Source: the human T2T-CHM13v2.0 reference genome, Homo sapiens. From it: 64,000 nt of DNA. Under the pieces are notes generated by a model, which saw only the letters and a list, made by a program, of their open reading frames with translations, did no database searches and was not told where the DNA came from. The stretch lies in NCBI RefSeq assembly GCF_009914755.1, contig NC_060940.1. One strand, given 5' to 3'. The position numbers and the translations under genes are program-made. Shown in pieces: positions 42,841 to 56,600 of the stretch. How positions within the stretch are numbered: the stretch's first letter is position 1; each line of letters starts with the position of its first letter.

Positions 42841-45800
42841 TCAGTGATGTTTCCATTCAACTCCTTTCAATGATGATTCCATTCGACTCCATTCGATTAT
42901 GATTTCATTCAATTCCATTCGATAATGATTCCCTTCAAGTCCATTCGATGATTCCATTCGATTCCATTCAACGATGATTTGATTCGTGTCCATTCGATGA
43001 TTCCCTTTGATTCCATTTGATGATGATTCCATTCGAGTCCCTTTGATGATTCCATTCAATTCCATTCTCCGATGATTTCTTTTGAGCCCATTCAATGCTT
43101 CCACTCGATTCCATATGATGTTGACTCCATTTGATGAAATTCCATGATGATTCCATTCGCTTGCATTCGATGATGATTCCACTTGAGTCCGTTAGAAGAT
43201 TCTATTCAATTACATTCCATGACGATTCCGTTCGAGTCCATTTGATGATTCCATTAGACTCCATTCGACGATGATTCCATTCGATGTTATTCGATGATGA
43301 TTCCATTCAACTCCATTCGATGTTTCCATTCGAGTTCATTCTATTATTCCATTAGATTCCATTCGATGATGATTCCATTCGATTCCATTTGATGATTGCA
43401 TTCTATTTCATTTGATGATGATTCCATTCGAGTCCATTCGATGATTCCATTCGAGTCCATTTAATGAATCCATTGGTTTCAATTCTATGATGATTACATT
43501 GGATTCCATTCGTTGATGATTTCATTCGATTCCATTCAATGATGATTCCATTCAATTCCATTCAATGATTCCATTCAATTCCATACGATGATGATTCCAT
43601 TTGATTTGATTCGACAGTGAGCCATTCGATTCAATTCCATGATGATTCTATTTTATTCAATTGGTTGACATTTCCATTCGATTCCATTCGATGATGATTC
43701 CCTTTGATTCCATTCAAAGATGATTCCATTCTAGCCCATTCAATCATTCCATTCGATTCTATTCAATAACGATTCCATTCATGTCGATTTGGTGATTCCA
43801 TTTGACTTCATTTGATGATGATTCCTTTCAAGTTCATTAGATGATTCCATTCGATTCCATTTGATGATGATCCCATTCGAGTCCATTCAGTGATTCCACT
43901 CGTTTCCATTCCATGATGATTCCATTCCATTCCATTCAATGATTCCATTCGATTCCGTTTGATGATGATTTCATTCGAGTCCATTTGATGATTCCATTTG
44001 ATTCCATTCGATGATGATTACATTCGAGTCCATACGATGATTCCACTCAATTCCATATGATGATGATTCCATTCGATTCCATTCGATGATTCCATTCTAT
44101 TCTATTCAATGGTGATTCCATTCGAGTACATTAGATGATTCCATTCGATTCCATTCAATGATGATTCTATTTGTGTCCCTTAGATGATTCCACATGATTC
44201 CATTTCATGATGATACTATTTGAGCCCATCCAATGATTCCCTTCGATTCCATTCGATGAGGATTCCATTCGATTCAATTCATTGGTGATTCTATTCAATT
44301 CAATTCTTTGATTCCATTCCATTCCATTCGACAATGATTCCATTCGATTTCTTTCGATGATTCCACTCGATTCCACTTGACATTGATTCCATTCGATTCC
44401 ATTCAATGAATCCGCTTGATTCCAGTGGATGATGATTGCCATCGATTCCATTCGATCACTCCATTCTATTCCATTTGATGATGATTACATTCGATTCCAT
44501 TTGATGATTCCATCTGATTCTATTCGAGGATTCCATTTGATTCCATTCGATGATGATTCCATTCGAGTGCATTCGATGATTTCATTCGAGTACATCCAAT
44601 GATTCCATTCGAGTCCATTTGATGATTCCATTTAATTCCATTTGATTATGATTCTACTAGAGTCCATTCAATGACTCCATTCGAATCCATTCAACAATTC
44701 CATACAAGGCCATTCGATGTTTCCATTTGATGATTCCATTCGAGTCCATTTAATCATTACAGTCGAGTCCATTTGGTGATTCCACTGGATTTCTTTTGAT
44801 AATGATACCATTCAATTACATTTGATGATGATCCCATTCAATTTCATTTGATGGTGATTCCATTAGTGTCCATTCGATGATTTCATTCGAGTCCCTTCAT
44901 TGATTCCATCCGATTTCATTTGATGATGACTCCATTCGAGTCCATTCGATGATTCCACTCGATTCCATTAGATGATTCCATTGGAGTCCATTTGATTGTT
45001 CCATTCGATTCTATTCGATTCCTTTCGAAGATTATTCCATTTGAGTCCATTCGATGATGATTCCATTCCATTCCATTCGATGATTCCGTTTGATTCCATT
45101 CGATGATTCCCTTTGATTCCTTTCTTTGATGATTCCATTCCATTCCATTCAATGATTCCATTCGAATCTATTCCATGATGATTCCTTTCGATTCCATTCG
45201 CTGATGTTTCCGTTCAATTCCATTCGATGATGATTCCATTCGATTCCATTCATTGAGGATTCCATTTGATTCCATTCAATGATGATTCCATTCTATTCCA
45301 TTCAATGATTGCATTCAATTCCATTCAATGATTATCCCATTAGAGTAAACTCAACGATTCCATTCAATACCATTCGATGATGATTCCTTTTGAGTCCATT
45401 AAATGATTTCATTCAAGTCCATTTGATGATTCCTTTCAATTCCATTCTATGATGATTCCATTCGAGTCCATTCGATGATTCCATTCGATTGCATTCGATG
45501 ATTCCATTATATTCCATTCAACGATGATTCCATTCGAGTCCATTCGATGATTCCATTAGAGTATATTTAATGATTGCTTTGTTTTCAATTCGAAGATGAT
45601 TACATTGGATTCCATTCTATGATACCATTCGATTCCATTCAATGATGATTCCACTCAAATCCATTGGATGATTCCATTCGTGTCCATTCGGTGATTTCAT
45701 TAGATTCCATTCGAGGATGATTCCATTCGATTCCATTCGATGATTCCATTCAATTCCATTCGATGATGATTCCATTCCAGTCCATATGATCATTCCATTT

Positions 45801-48700
45801 GATTTCATTCGATGATGATTCCATTCGATTCCTTTCAATGATTCCATTCTATTCCATTCGATGATGATTCCATTCGAGTCCATTCGATGATTCCATTCGA
45901 GTCCATTTAATGATTCCATTGGGTTCAATTCAATGATGATTACATTGGATTCCGTTCTATGATTCCATTCAATTCCGTTCATTGACAATTTGATTCCATT
46001 CGATGATGATTCCATTTGAGTTCATTCGATGATTCTATTCGATTCTCTTCGATGGTGATTCAATTCTATTATATTGGATGATTCCATTCGATTCCATTTG
46101 ATGTTGATTCAATTCGATTCTATTCGATGATGATTCCATTGGATTTCACTTGATGATTCTATTCGATTCCATTCAATGATGATTCACTTCTCGTCCATTG
46201 GATGATTCCATTTCATTCCATTCGATGATGATTCCATTCGATTCCATTCGATGATTCCATTTGATTCCATGCGTCGGTGAGCAATTCGATTCAATTCCAT
46301 GATGATTCTATTTGATTCAATTAGATGATGTTTCCATTCGAATCCATTCCATGATTATTCCATTGGAATCCATTCGGCGATGATTCCATATGAGTCAATT
46401 CAATGATGATTCCATATGGGTCCGTTCGATGATACTTCCATTTGATTTCATTCGGTGCTTCTATTCAATTCCAGTCGATGATGATTCCGTTGGAGTCCAT
46501 ACGATGATTCCATTTGATTTCATTTGATGATGATTCCATTCGATGATGATTACATTGGATTCCATTCTATGATTCCATTCAATTCCATTCGTTGATGATT
46601 CGATTCCATTCAATGATGATTCCATTTGAGTTCATTCGATGATTCTATTCGATTCCGTTCGATGGTGATTCAATTCTCTTATATTGGATGAATCCACTCG
46701 ATTCCATTTGATGATTATTCCATTGGAGTCCACTTAGTGAATCCTTCAGATTCTACTCGAAGATGATTCCATTCAAGTCCATTCGATGATACCATTCAAT
46801 TCCATTCGTTGATGCTTCCATTCAAGTGCATTCGATGATATCATTCGATTCCATTTGATGATAATTCCATTTGATTCCATGCGATGATTCTATTCGATTC
46901 CATTCAATGATAATTCCATTCAGTTCAGTGATTCCTCTGGACTCCATTTGATGATGATTCCATTCAATGATTCCATTCGATTCTATTCGAAAATGATTCC
47001 ATTTGAATCCATTTGATGATGATTCCATTAGATTCCATTTAATGATTCCATTCTATTCTATTCGATGATGATTCCATTCGATTCCATTTGATGATGATTG
47101 GATTCGATTCCATTGGATGATTTCATTTGATCCCATTCGTTAATGATTTCGATCAATTCCATTCGATGATTCCATTCGATTCCATTCGATAATGATTACA
47201 TCCGAGTCCATTCGATGATTCCATTTGAGCCTGTTCGATAATTCCATTTGAGTCCAATCAATGATTCCATTCATTTCCATTCAATGATTCCATTAGAGTC
47301 CATTTGATCATTCCGGTAGGGTCCCTTCAATGTTGATTCCATTGGAGTGCATTCGATGATTCCATTCGAGTCCATTTTAGGATTTGATTCGAGTCCTTTC
47401 GATGATTCCATTCGATTCCACTCGATGATGATTTCATTCGAGTCCATTCGACACTTCCAATCGATTCCATTTGATGTTTCCATTCGAGTCCAATTGATGA
47501 TTCCATTCAATTCCATTCGATGATGATTCCGTACGGTTCCATTCTGTGATGATTCCATGTGATTGCATTCAATGATGATTCCTTTCGATTGCATTCGATT
47601 ATGATTCATTTCGTGTTCATTCTATGGTTCCACAGGTTTCCATTCGTGTCCATTCCATTATTCCATTCTATTCCATTTGATGATGATTCCATTCGATTCC
47701 ATTCATTGGTGATTCCACTCAATTCCATTCAATGATTCCATTCCATTTCTTTCAACAATGATTCCATTACTTTCTAATCGATGATCCACTTGATTCCATT
47801 TGACGACGATTCCATTCTTGTCCATTCGATGATTCCATTTGATTCCATATGATGATGATTCCATTCGATTCCATACGATGATGATTCCATTCGAGTCCAT
47901 TCAATGGTGATTCCATTCAATTCCATTCGATGATTCCTTTCGATTCCATTCGATGATGATGGCATTCGATTCCTTTCAATCATTCCCTTTGATTCCATTC
48001 AAAGGTGATTTCATTCAAGTCCATTCGATAATTGCATTCGATTCCATTCTATGATGATTCCATTCGAGTCCATTTGATGATTCCATTCAATTCAAGTCAA
48101 TGATGATTCCATTCGATTCCATTCGATGATTCAATTGGATTCCATTCGATGATGATTCCATTCAAATCCATTCGATAATTCAATTCAAGTCCATTCGATG
48201 ATGATTCCAATCGAATCCATTCAAAGATTCCATTCAGTTCCATTCGATGATTCCCTTAGATTCCATTCGATGATTCCACTTGATTCCATTTACGATGATT
48301 CCATTCGATTCCATGTGATGATTCCATTCAATTCTATTCAATGATGTCTCCATTTGATTCCATTCGACCATGATTGCCTTTGATTCCATTCAATGATTCC
48401 ATTCGGTTCCTTTTGATGATGATTCCATTCGATTCCATTTGATGATTCCATTTGATTCCATTGGATGAGTCCATTCGATTACATTCGATGATTATTCCAT
48501 TCGAGTGCATTAGATGATTCCATTCGAGTCCATTCGATGATTCCATTCGATTCCATTCGATGTTGATTCTGTTCAAATCCATTCGATGATTCCACTCGAT
48601 TCCATTCGATGACTCCATTTGATCCCATTCGATGATTTCCTTTGATTCCCTTTGATGATCATTCCATTTGATTCAATTCGGTGATTTCATTGGATTCCAT
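42841..48700 (+). repeat. Unit, 5,860 bp (-23, -170, -10, -49)
   Basis: Offsets run 42657 -> 42464 -> 42454 -> 42405. Deletions are seen near 43295, 44015, 44720 and 47040. Confidence 0.86.
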
Positions 48701-51700
48701 TCAGTGATGTTTCCATTCGACTCCATTCGATGATGATTCCATTCGACTCCATTCGATTATGATTTCATTCAATTCCATTTGATAATGATTCCCTTCTAGT
48801 CCATTCGATGATTCCATTCGATTCCATTCAACGATGATTTGATTCGTGTCCATTCGATGATTCCATTTGATTCCACTTGTTGATGATTCCATTCGAGTCC
48901 ATTTGATGATTCCATTCAATTCCATTCTCCGATGATTTCTTTTGAGCCCACTCAATGCTTCCACTCGATTCCATATGATGATGACTCCATTCGATGAAAT
49001 TCGATGATGATTCCATTCGCTTGCTTTCAATGATGATTCCACTTGAGTCCGTTAGAAGATTCTATTCAATTACATTCCAGGACGATTCCGTTCGAGTCCA
49101 TTTGATGATTCCATTAGACTCCATTCGACGATGATTCCATTCGATGTTATTCGATGATTCCATTCGATCTCATTCGTTGATGATTCCATTCAACACTTTT
49201 CGATGTATCCATTCGAGTTCATTCTATTATTCCATTAGATTCAATTCGATGATGATTCCATTCGATTCCATTTGATGATTGCATTCTATTTCATTTGATG
49301 ATGATTCCATTCGAGTCCACTCGATGATTCCATTCGAGTCCATTTAATGAATCCATTGGTTTCAATTCTATGATGATTACATTGGATTCCATTCGTTGAT
49401 GATTTCATTCGGCTCCATTCAATGATGATTCTATTCAATTCCTTTCAATGTTTCCATTCAATTCCATACGATGATGATTCCATTTGATTTGATTCGACAG
49501 TGAGCCATTCGATTCAATTCCATGATGATTCTATTTTATTCAATTGGTTGACATTTCCATTCGATTCCATTCGATGATGATTCCCTTTGATTCCATTCAA
49601 AGATGATTCCATTCTAGCCCATTCAATCATTCCATTCGATTCTATTCAATGATGATTCCATTCATGTCGATTTGGTGATTCCATTTGACTTCATTTGATG
49701 ATGATTCCTTTCAAGTTCATTAGATGATTCCATTCGATTCCATTTGATGATGATCCCATTCGAGTCCATTCAGTGATTCCATTCGTTTCCATTCCATGAT
49801 GATTCCATTCCATTCCATGCAATGATTCCATTCGATTCCGTTTGATGATGATTTCATTCGAGTCCATTTGATGATTCCATTTGATTCCATTCGATGATGA
49901 TTCCATTCGAGTCCATTCGATGATTCTATTCGAATCCCTTTGATGATTTCTTTTGATTATAGTTGGTGATGATTCCATTGGAGTCCATTCAATGATTCCA
50001 TTCGATTCCAATCGATGGTGATTCCACTAGAGTCCATTTAATGATTCCATTTGATTCCAGTCTCTGATGATTACATTCGAGTCCATACGATGATTCCACT
50101 CAATTCCATATGATGATGATTCCATTCGATTCCATTCGATGATTCCATTCTATTCTATTCAATGGTGATTCCATTCGAGTACATTAGATGATTCCATTCG
50201 ATTCCATTCAATGATGATTCTATTTGTGTCCCTTAGATGATTCCACATGATTCCATTAGATGATGATACTATTTGAGCCCATCCAATGATTCCCTTCGAT
50301 TCCATTCGATGAGGATTCCATTCGATTCAATTCATTGGTGATTCTATTCAATTCAATTCTTTGATTCCATTCCATTCCATTCGACAATGATTCCATTCGA
50401 TTTCTTTCGATGATTCCACTCGATTCCACTTGACATTGATTCCATTCGATTCCATTCAATGATTCCATTTGATTCCAGTGGATGATGATTGCCATCGATT
50501 CCGTTCGATCACTCCATTCTATTCCATTTGATGATGATTACATTCGATCCCATTTGATGATTCCATCTGATTCTATTCGAGGATTCCATTTGATTCCATT
50601 CGATGATGATTCCATTCGAGTCCATTCGATGATTTCATTCGAGTACATCCAATGATTCCATTCGAGTCCATTTGATGATTCCATTTGATTCCATTTGATT
50701 ATGATTCTACTAGAGTCCATTCAATGACTCCATTCGAGTCCATTCAACAATTCCATTCGAGTCCATTCGATGATTCCATTCGATTCCATTTGATGATTCC
50801 ATTCGAGTCCATTTAATCATTACAGTCGAGTCCATTTGGTGATTCCACTGGATTTCTTTTGATAATGATACCATTCAATTACATTTGATGATGATCCCAT
50901 TCAATTTCATTTGATGATGATTCCATTAGAGTCCATTCGATGATTTCATTCGAGTCCCTTCATTGATTCCATCCGATTTCATTGGATGATGACTCCATTC
51001 GAGTCCATTCGATGATTCCACTCGATTCCATTAGATGATTCCATTGGAGTGCATTTCATTGTTCCATTCGATTCCATTCGATTCCTTTCGAAGATTATTC
51101 CATTTGAGTCCATTCGATGATGATTCCATTCCATTCCATTCGATGATTCCGTTTGATTCCATTCGATGATTCCATTTGATTCCATTCGACGGTGAGCAAT
51201 TCGATTCAATTCCATGATGATTCTGTTTGATTCAATTAGATGATGTTTCCATTCGAATCCATTCCATGATTATTCCATTGGAATCCATTCGGCGATGATT
51301 CCATATGAGTCAATTCAATGATGATTCCATATGGGTCCGTTCGATGATAATTCCATTTGATTTCATTCGATGCTTCTATTCTATTCCAGTCGATGATGAT
51401 TCCGTTGGAGTCCATACGATGATTCCATTTGATTTCATTTGATGATGTTTCCATTCGATGATGATTACATTGGATTCCATTCTATGATTCCATTCAATTC
51501 CATTCGTTGATGATTCGATTCCATTCAATGATGATTCCATTTGAGTTCATTCGATGATTCTATTCGATTCCGTTTGATGGTGATTCAATTCTATTATATT
51601 GGATGATTCCACTCGATTCCATTTGATGATTATTCCATTGGAGTCCACTTAGTGAATCCTTTAGATTCTACTCGAAGATGATTCCATTCGAGTCCATTCG

Positions 51701-53663
51701 ATGATACCATTCAATTCCATTCGTTGATGCTTCCATTCAAGTGCATTCGATGATATCATTCGATTCCATTTGATGATAATTCCATTTGATTCCATGCGAT
51801 GATTCTATTCGATTCCATTCAATGATAATTCCATTCAATTCAGTGATTCCTCTGGACTCCATTTGATGATGATTCCATTCAACGATTCCATTCGATTCTA
51901 TTCGAAAATGATTCCATTTGAATCTATTTGATGATGATTCCATTAGATTCCATTTGATGATTCCATTCTATTCTATTCGATGATGATTCCATTCGATTCC
52001 ATTTGATGATTCCATTCTATTCTATTCGATGATGATTCCATTCGATTCCATTTGATGATGATTGGATTCGATTCCATTTGATGATTTCATTTGATCCCAT
52101 TCGTTAATGATTTCGGTCAATTCCATTCGATGATTCCATTCGATTCCATTCGATAATGATTACATCCGAGTCCATTCGATGATTCCATTTGAGCCTGTTC
52201 GATAATTCCATTTGAGTCCAATCAATGATTCCATTCATTTCCATTCAATGATTCCATTCGAGTCCATTTGATCATTCCGGTAGGGTCCGTTCGATGTTGA
52301 TTCCATTGGAGTGCATTCGATGATTCCACTCGAGTCCATTTTATGATTTGATTCGAGTCCTTTCGATGATTCCATTCGATTCCACTCGATGATGATTTCA
52401 TTCGAGTCCATTCGACACTTCCAATCGATTCCATTTGATGTTTCCATTCGATTCCAATTGATGATTCCATTCAATTCCATTTGATGATGATTCCGTACGA
52501 TTCCATTCTGTGATGATTCCATGTGATTGCATTCAATGATGATTCCTTTCGATTGCATTCGATTATGATTCATTTCGTGTTCATTCTATGGTTCCACAGG
52601 TTTCCATTCGTGTCCATTCCATTATTCCATTCTATTCCATTTGATGATGATTCCATTCGATTCCATTCATTGGTGATTCCACTCAATTCCATTCAATGAT
52701 TCCATTCCATTTCTTTCAACAATGATTCCATTACTTTCTAATCGATGATCCACTTGATTCCATTTGACGACGATTCCATTCTTGTCCATTCGATGATTCC
52801 ATTTGATTCCATATGATGATGATTCCATTCGATTCCATACCATGATGATTCCATTCGAGTCCATTCAATGGTGATTCCATTCAATTCCATTCGATGATTC
52901 CTTTCGATTCCATTCGATGATGATGGCATTCGATTCCTTTCAATCATTCCCTTTGATTCCATTCAAAGGTGATTTCATTCAAGTCCATTCGATAATTGCA
53001 TTCGATTCCATTCTATGATGATTCCATTCGAGTTCATTGATGATTCCATTCAATTCAAGTCAATGATGATTCCATTCGATTCCATTCGATGATTCCATTG
53101 GATTCCATTCAATGATGATTCCATTCAAATGCATACGATAATTCAATTCAAGTCCATTCGATGATGATTCCAATCGAATCCATTCAAAGATTCCATTCAG
53201 TTCCATTCGATGATTCCCTTAGATTCCATTCGATGATTCCACTTGATTCCATTTACGATGATTCCATTCGATTCCATGTGATGATTCCATTCAATTCTAT
53301 TCAATGATGTTTCCATTTGATTCCATTCGACCATGATTGCCTTTGATTCCATTCAATGATTCCATTCGGTTCCTTTTGATGATGATTCCATTCGATTCCA
53401 TTTGATGATTCCATTTGATTCCATTGGATGAGTCCATTCGATTACATTCGATGATTATTCCATTCGAGTGCATTAGATGATTCCACTCGAGTCCATTCGA
53501 TGATTCCATTCGATTCCATTCGAAGTTGATTCTGTTCAAATCCATTCGATGATTCCACTCGATTCCATTCGATGACTCCATTTGATCCCATTCGATGATT
53601 TCCTTTGATTCCCTTTGATGATCATTCCGTTTGATTCAATTCGGTGATTTCATTTGATTCCAT
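48701..53663 (+). repeat. Unit, 4,963 bp (1,148-bp deletion near 51165, -1 bp near 53035)
   Basis: Offset changes 48517 -> 47369 -> 47368. Unit position ~2650 is joined to ~3800. Confidence 0.88.
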
Positions 53664-56600
53664 TCAGTGATGTTTCCATTCGACTCCATTCGATGATGAT
53701 TCCATTCGACTCCATTCGATTATGATTTCATTCAATTCCATTCGATAATGATTCCCTTCGAGTCCATTCGATGATTCCATTCGATTCCATTCAACGATGA
53801 TTTGATTCGTGTCCATTCGATGATTCCATTTGATTCCACTTGTTGATGATTCCATTCGAGTCCATTTGATGATTCCATTCAATTCCATACTCCGATGATT
53901 TCTTTTGAGCCCACTCAATGCTTCCACTCGATTCCATATGATGATGACTCCATTCGATGAAATTCGATGATGATTCCATTCGCTTGCTTTCAATGATGAT
54001 TCCACTTGAGTCCGTTAGAAGATTCTATTCAATTACATTCCATGACGATTCCGTTCGAGTCCATTTGATGATTCCATTAGACTCCATTCGACGATGATTC
54101 CATTCGATGTTATTCGATGATTCCATTCGATCTCATTCGTTGATGATTCCATTCAACTCTTTTCGATGTATCCACTCGAGTTCATTCTATTATTCCATTA
54201 GATTCAATTCGATGATGATTCCATTCGATTCCATTTGATGATTGCATTCTATTTCATTTGATGATGATTCCATTCGAGTCCACTCGATGATTCCATTCGA
54301 GTCCATTTAATGAATCCATTGGTTTCAATTCTATGATGATTACATTGGATTCCATTCGTTGATGATTTCATTCGGCTCCGTTCAATGATGATTCTATTCA
54401 ATTCCTTTCAATGTTTCCATTCAATTCCATACGATGATGATTCCATTTGATTTGATTCGACAGTGAGCCATTCGATTCAATTCCATGATGATTCTATTTT
54501 ATTCAATTGGTTGACATTTCCATTCGATTCCATTCGATGATGATTCCCTTTGATTCCATTCAAAGATGATTCCATTCTAGCCCATTCAATCATTCCATTC
54601 GATTCTATTCAATGATGATTCCATTCATGTCGATTTGGTGATTCCATTTGACTTCATTTGATGATGATTCCTTTCAAGTTCATTAGATGATTCCATTCGA
54701 TTCCATTTGATGATGATCCCATTCGAGTCCATTCAGTGATTCCATTCGTTTCCATTCCATGATGATTCCATTCCATTCCATGCAATGATTCCATTCGATT
54801 CCGTTTGATGATGATTTCATTCGAGTCCATTTGATGATTCCATTTGATTCCATTCGATGATGATTCCATTCGAGTCCATTCGATGATTCTATTCGAATCC
54901 ATTTGATGATTTCTTTTGATTATAGTTGGTGATGATTCCATTGGAGTCCATTCAATGGTTCCATTCGATTCCAATCGATGGTGATTCCACTAGAGTCCAT
55001 TTAATGATTCCATTTGATTCCAGTCTCTGATGATTACATTCGAGTCCATACGATGATTCCACTCAATTCCATATGATGATGATTCCATTCGATTCCATTC
55101 GATGATTCCATTCTATTCTATTCAATGGTGATTCCATTCGAGTACATTAGATGATTCCATTCGATTCCATTCAATGATGATTCTATTTGTGTCCCTTAGA
55201 TGATTCCACATGATTCCATTAGATGATGATACTATTTGAGCCCATCCAATGATTCCCTTCGATTCCATTCGATGAGGATTCCATTCGATTCAATTCATTG
55301 GTGATTCTTTTCAATTCAATTCTTTGATTCCATTCCATTCCATTCGACAATGATTCCATTCGATTTCTTTCGATGATTCCACTCGATTCCACTTGACATT
55401 GATTCCATTCGATTCCGTTCAATGATTCCATTTGATTCCGGTGGATGATGATTGCCATCGATTCCGTTCGATCACTCCATTCTATTCCATTTGATGATGA
55501 TTACATTCGATCCCATTTGATGATTCCATCTGATTCTATTCGAGGATTCCATTTGATTCCATTCGATGATGATTCCATTCGAGTCCATTCGATGATTTCA
55601 TTCGAGTACATCCAATGATTCCATTCGAGTCCATTTGATGATTCCATTTGATTCCATTTGATTATGATTCTACTAGAGTCCATTCAATGACTCCATTCGA
55701 GTCCATTCTACAATTCCATTCGAGTCCATTCGATGATTCCATTCGATTCCATTTGATGATTCCATTCGAGTCCATTTAATCATTACAGTCGAGTCCATTT
55801 GGTGATTCCACTGGATTTCTTTTGATAATGATACCATTCAATTACATTTGATGATGATCCCATTCAATTTCATTTGATGATGATTCCATTAGAGTCCATT
55901 CGATGATTTCATTCGAGTCCCTTCATTGATTCCATCCGATTTCATTGGATGATGACTCCATTCGAGTCCATTCGATGATTCCACTAGATTCCATTAGATG
56001 ATTCCACTGGAGTCCATTTCATTGTTCCATTCGATTCCATTCGAATCCTTTCGAAGATTATTCCATTTGAGTCCATTCGATGATGATTCCATTCCATTCC
56101 ATTCGATGATGATTCCATTCGATTCCATTCGATGATTCCATTTGATTCCTTTCTTTGATGATTCCATTCCATTCCATTCAATGATTCCTTTCGAATCTAT
56201 TCCATGATGATTCCTTTCGATTCCATTCGCTGATGTTTCTGTTCAATTCCATTCGATGATGATTCCATTCGATTCCATTCATTGAGGATTCCATTTGATT
56301 CCATTCAATGATGATTCCGTTCTATTCCATTCAATGATTGCATTCAATTCCATTCAATGATTATCCCCTTAGAGTAAACTCAACGATTCCATTCAATACC
56401 ATTCGATGATGATTCCTTTTGAGTCCATTCAATGATTTCATTCAAGTCCATTTAATGATTCCTTTCAATTCCATTCTATGATGATTCCATTCGAGTCCAT
56501 TCGATGATTCCATTCGATTACATTCGATGATTCCATTATATTCCAGTCAACGATGATTCCATTCGAGTCCATTCGATGATTCCATTAGAGTATATTTAAT

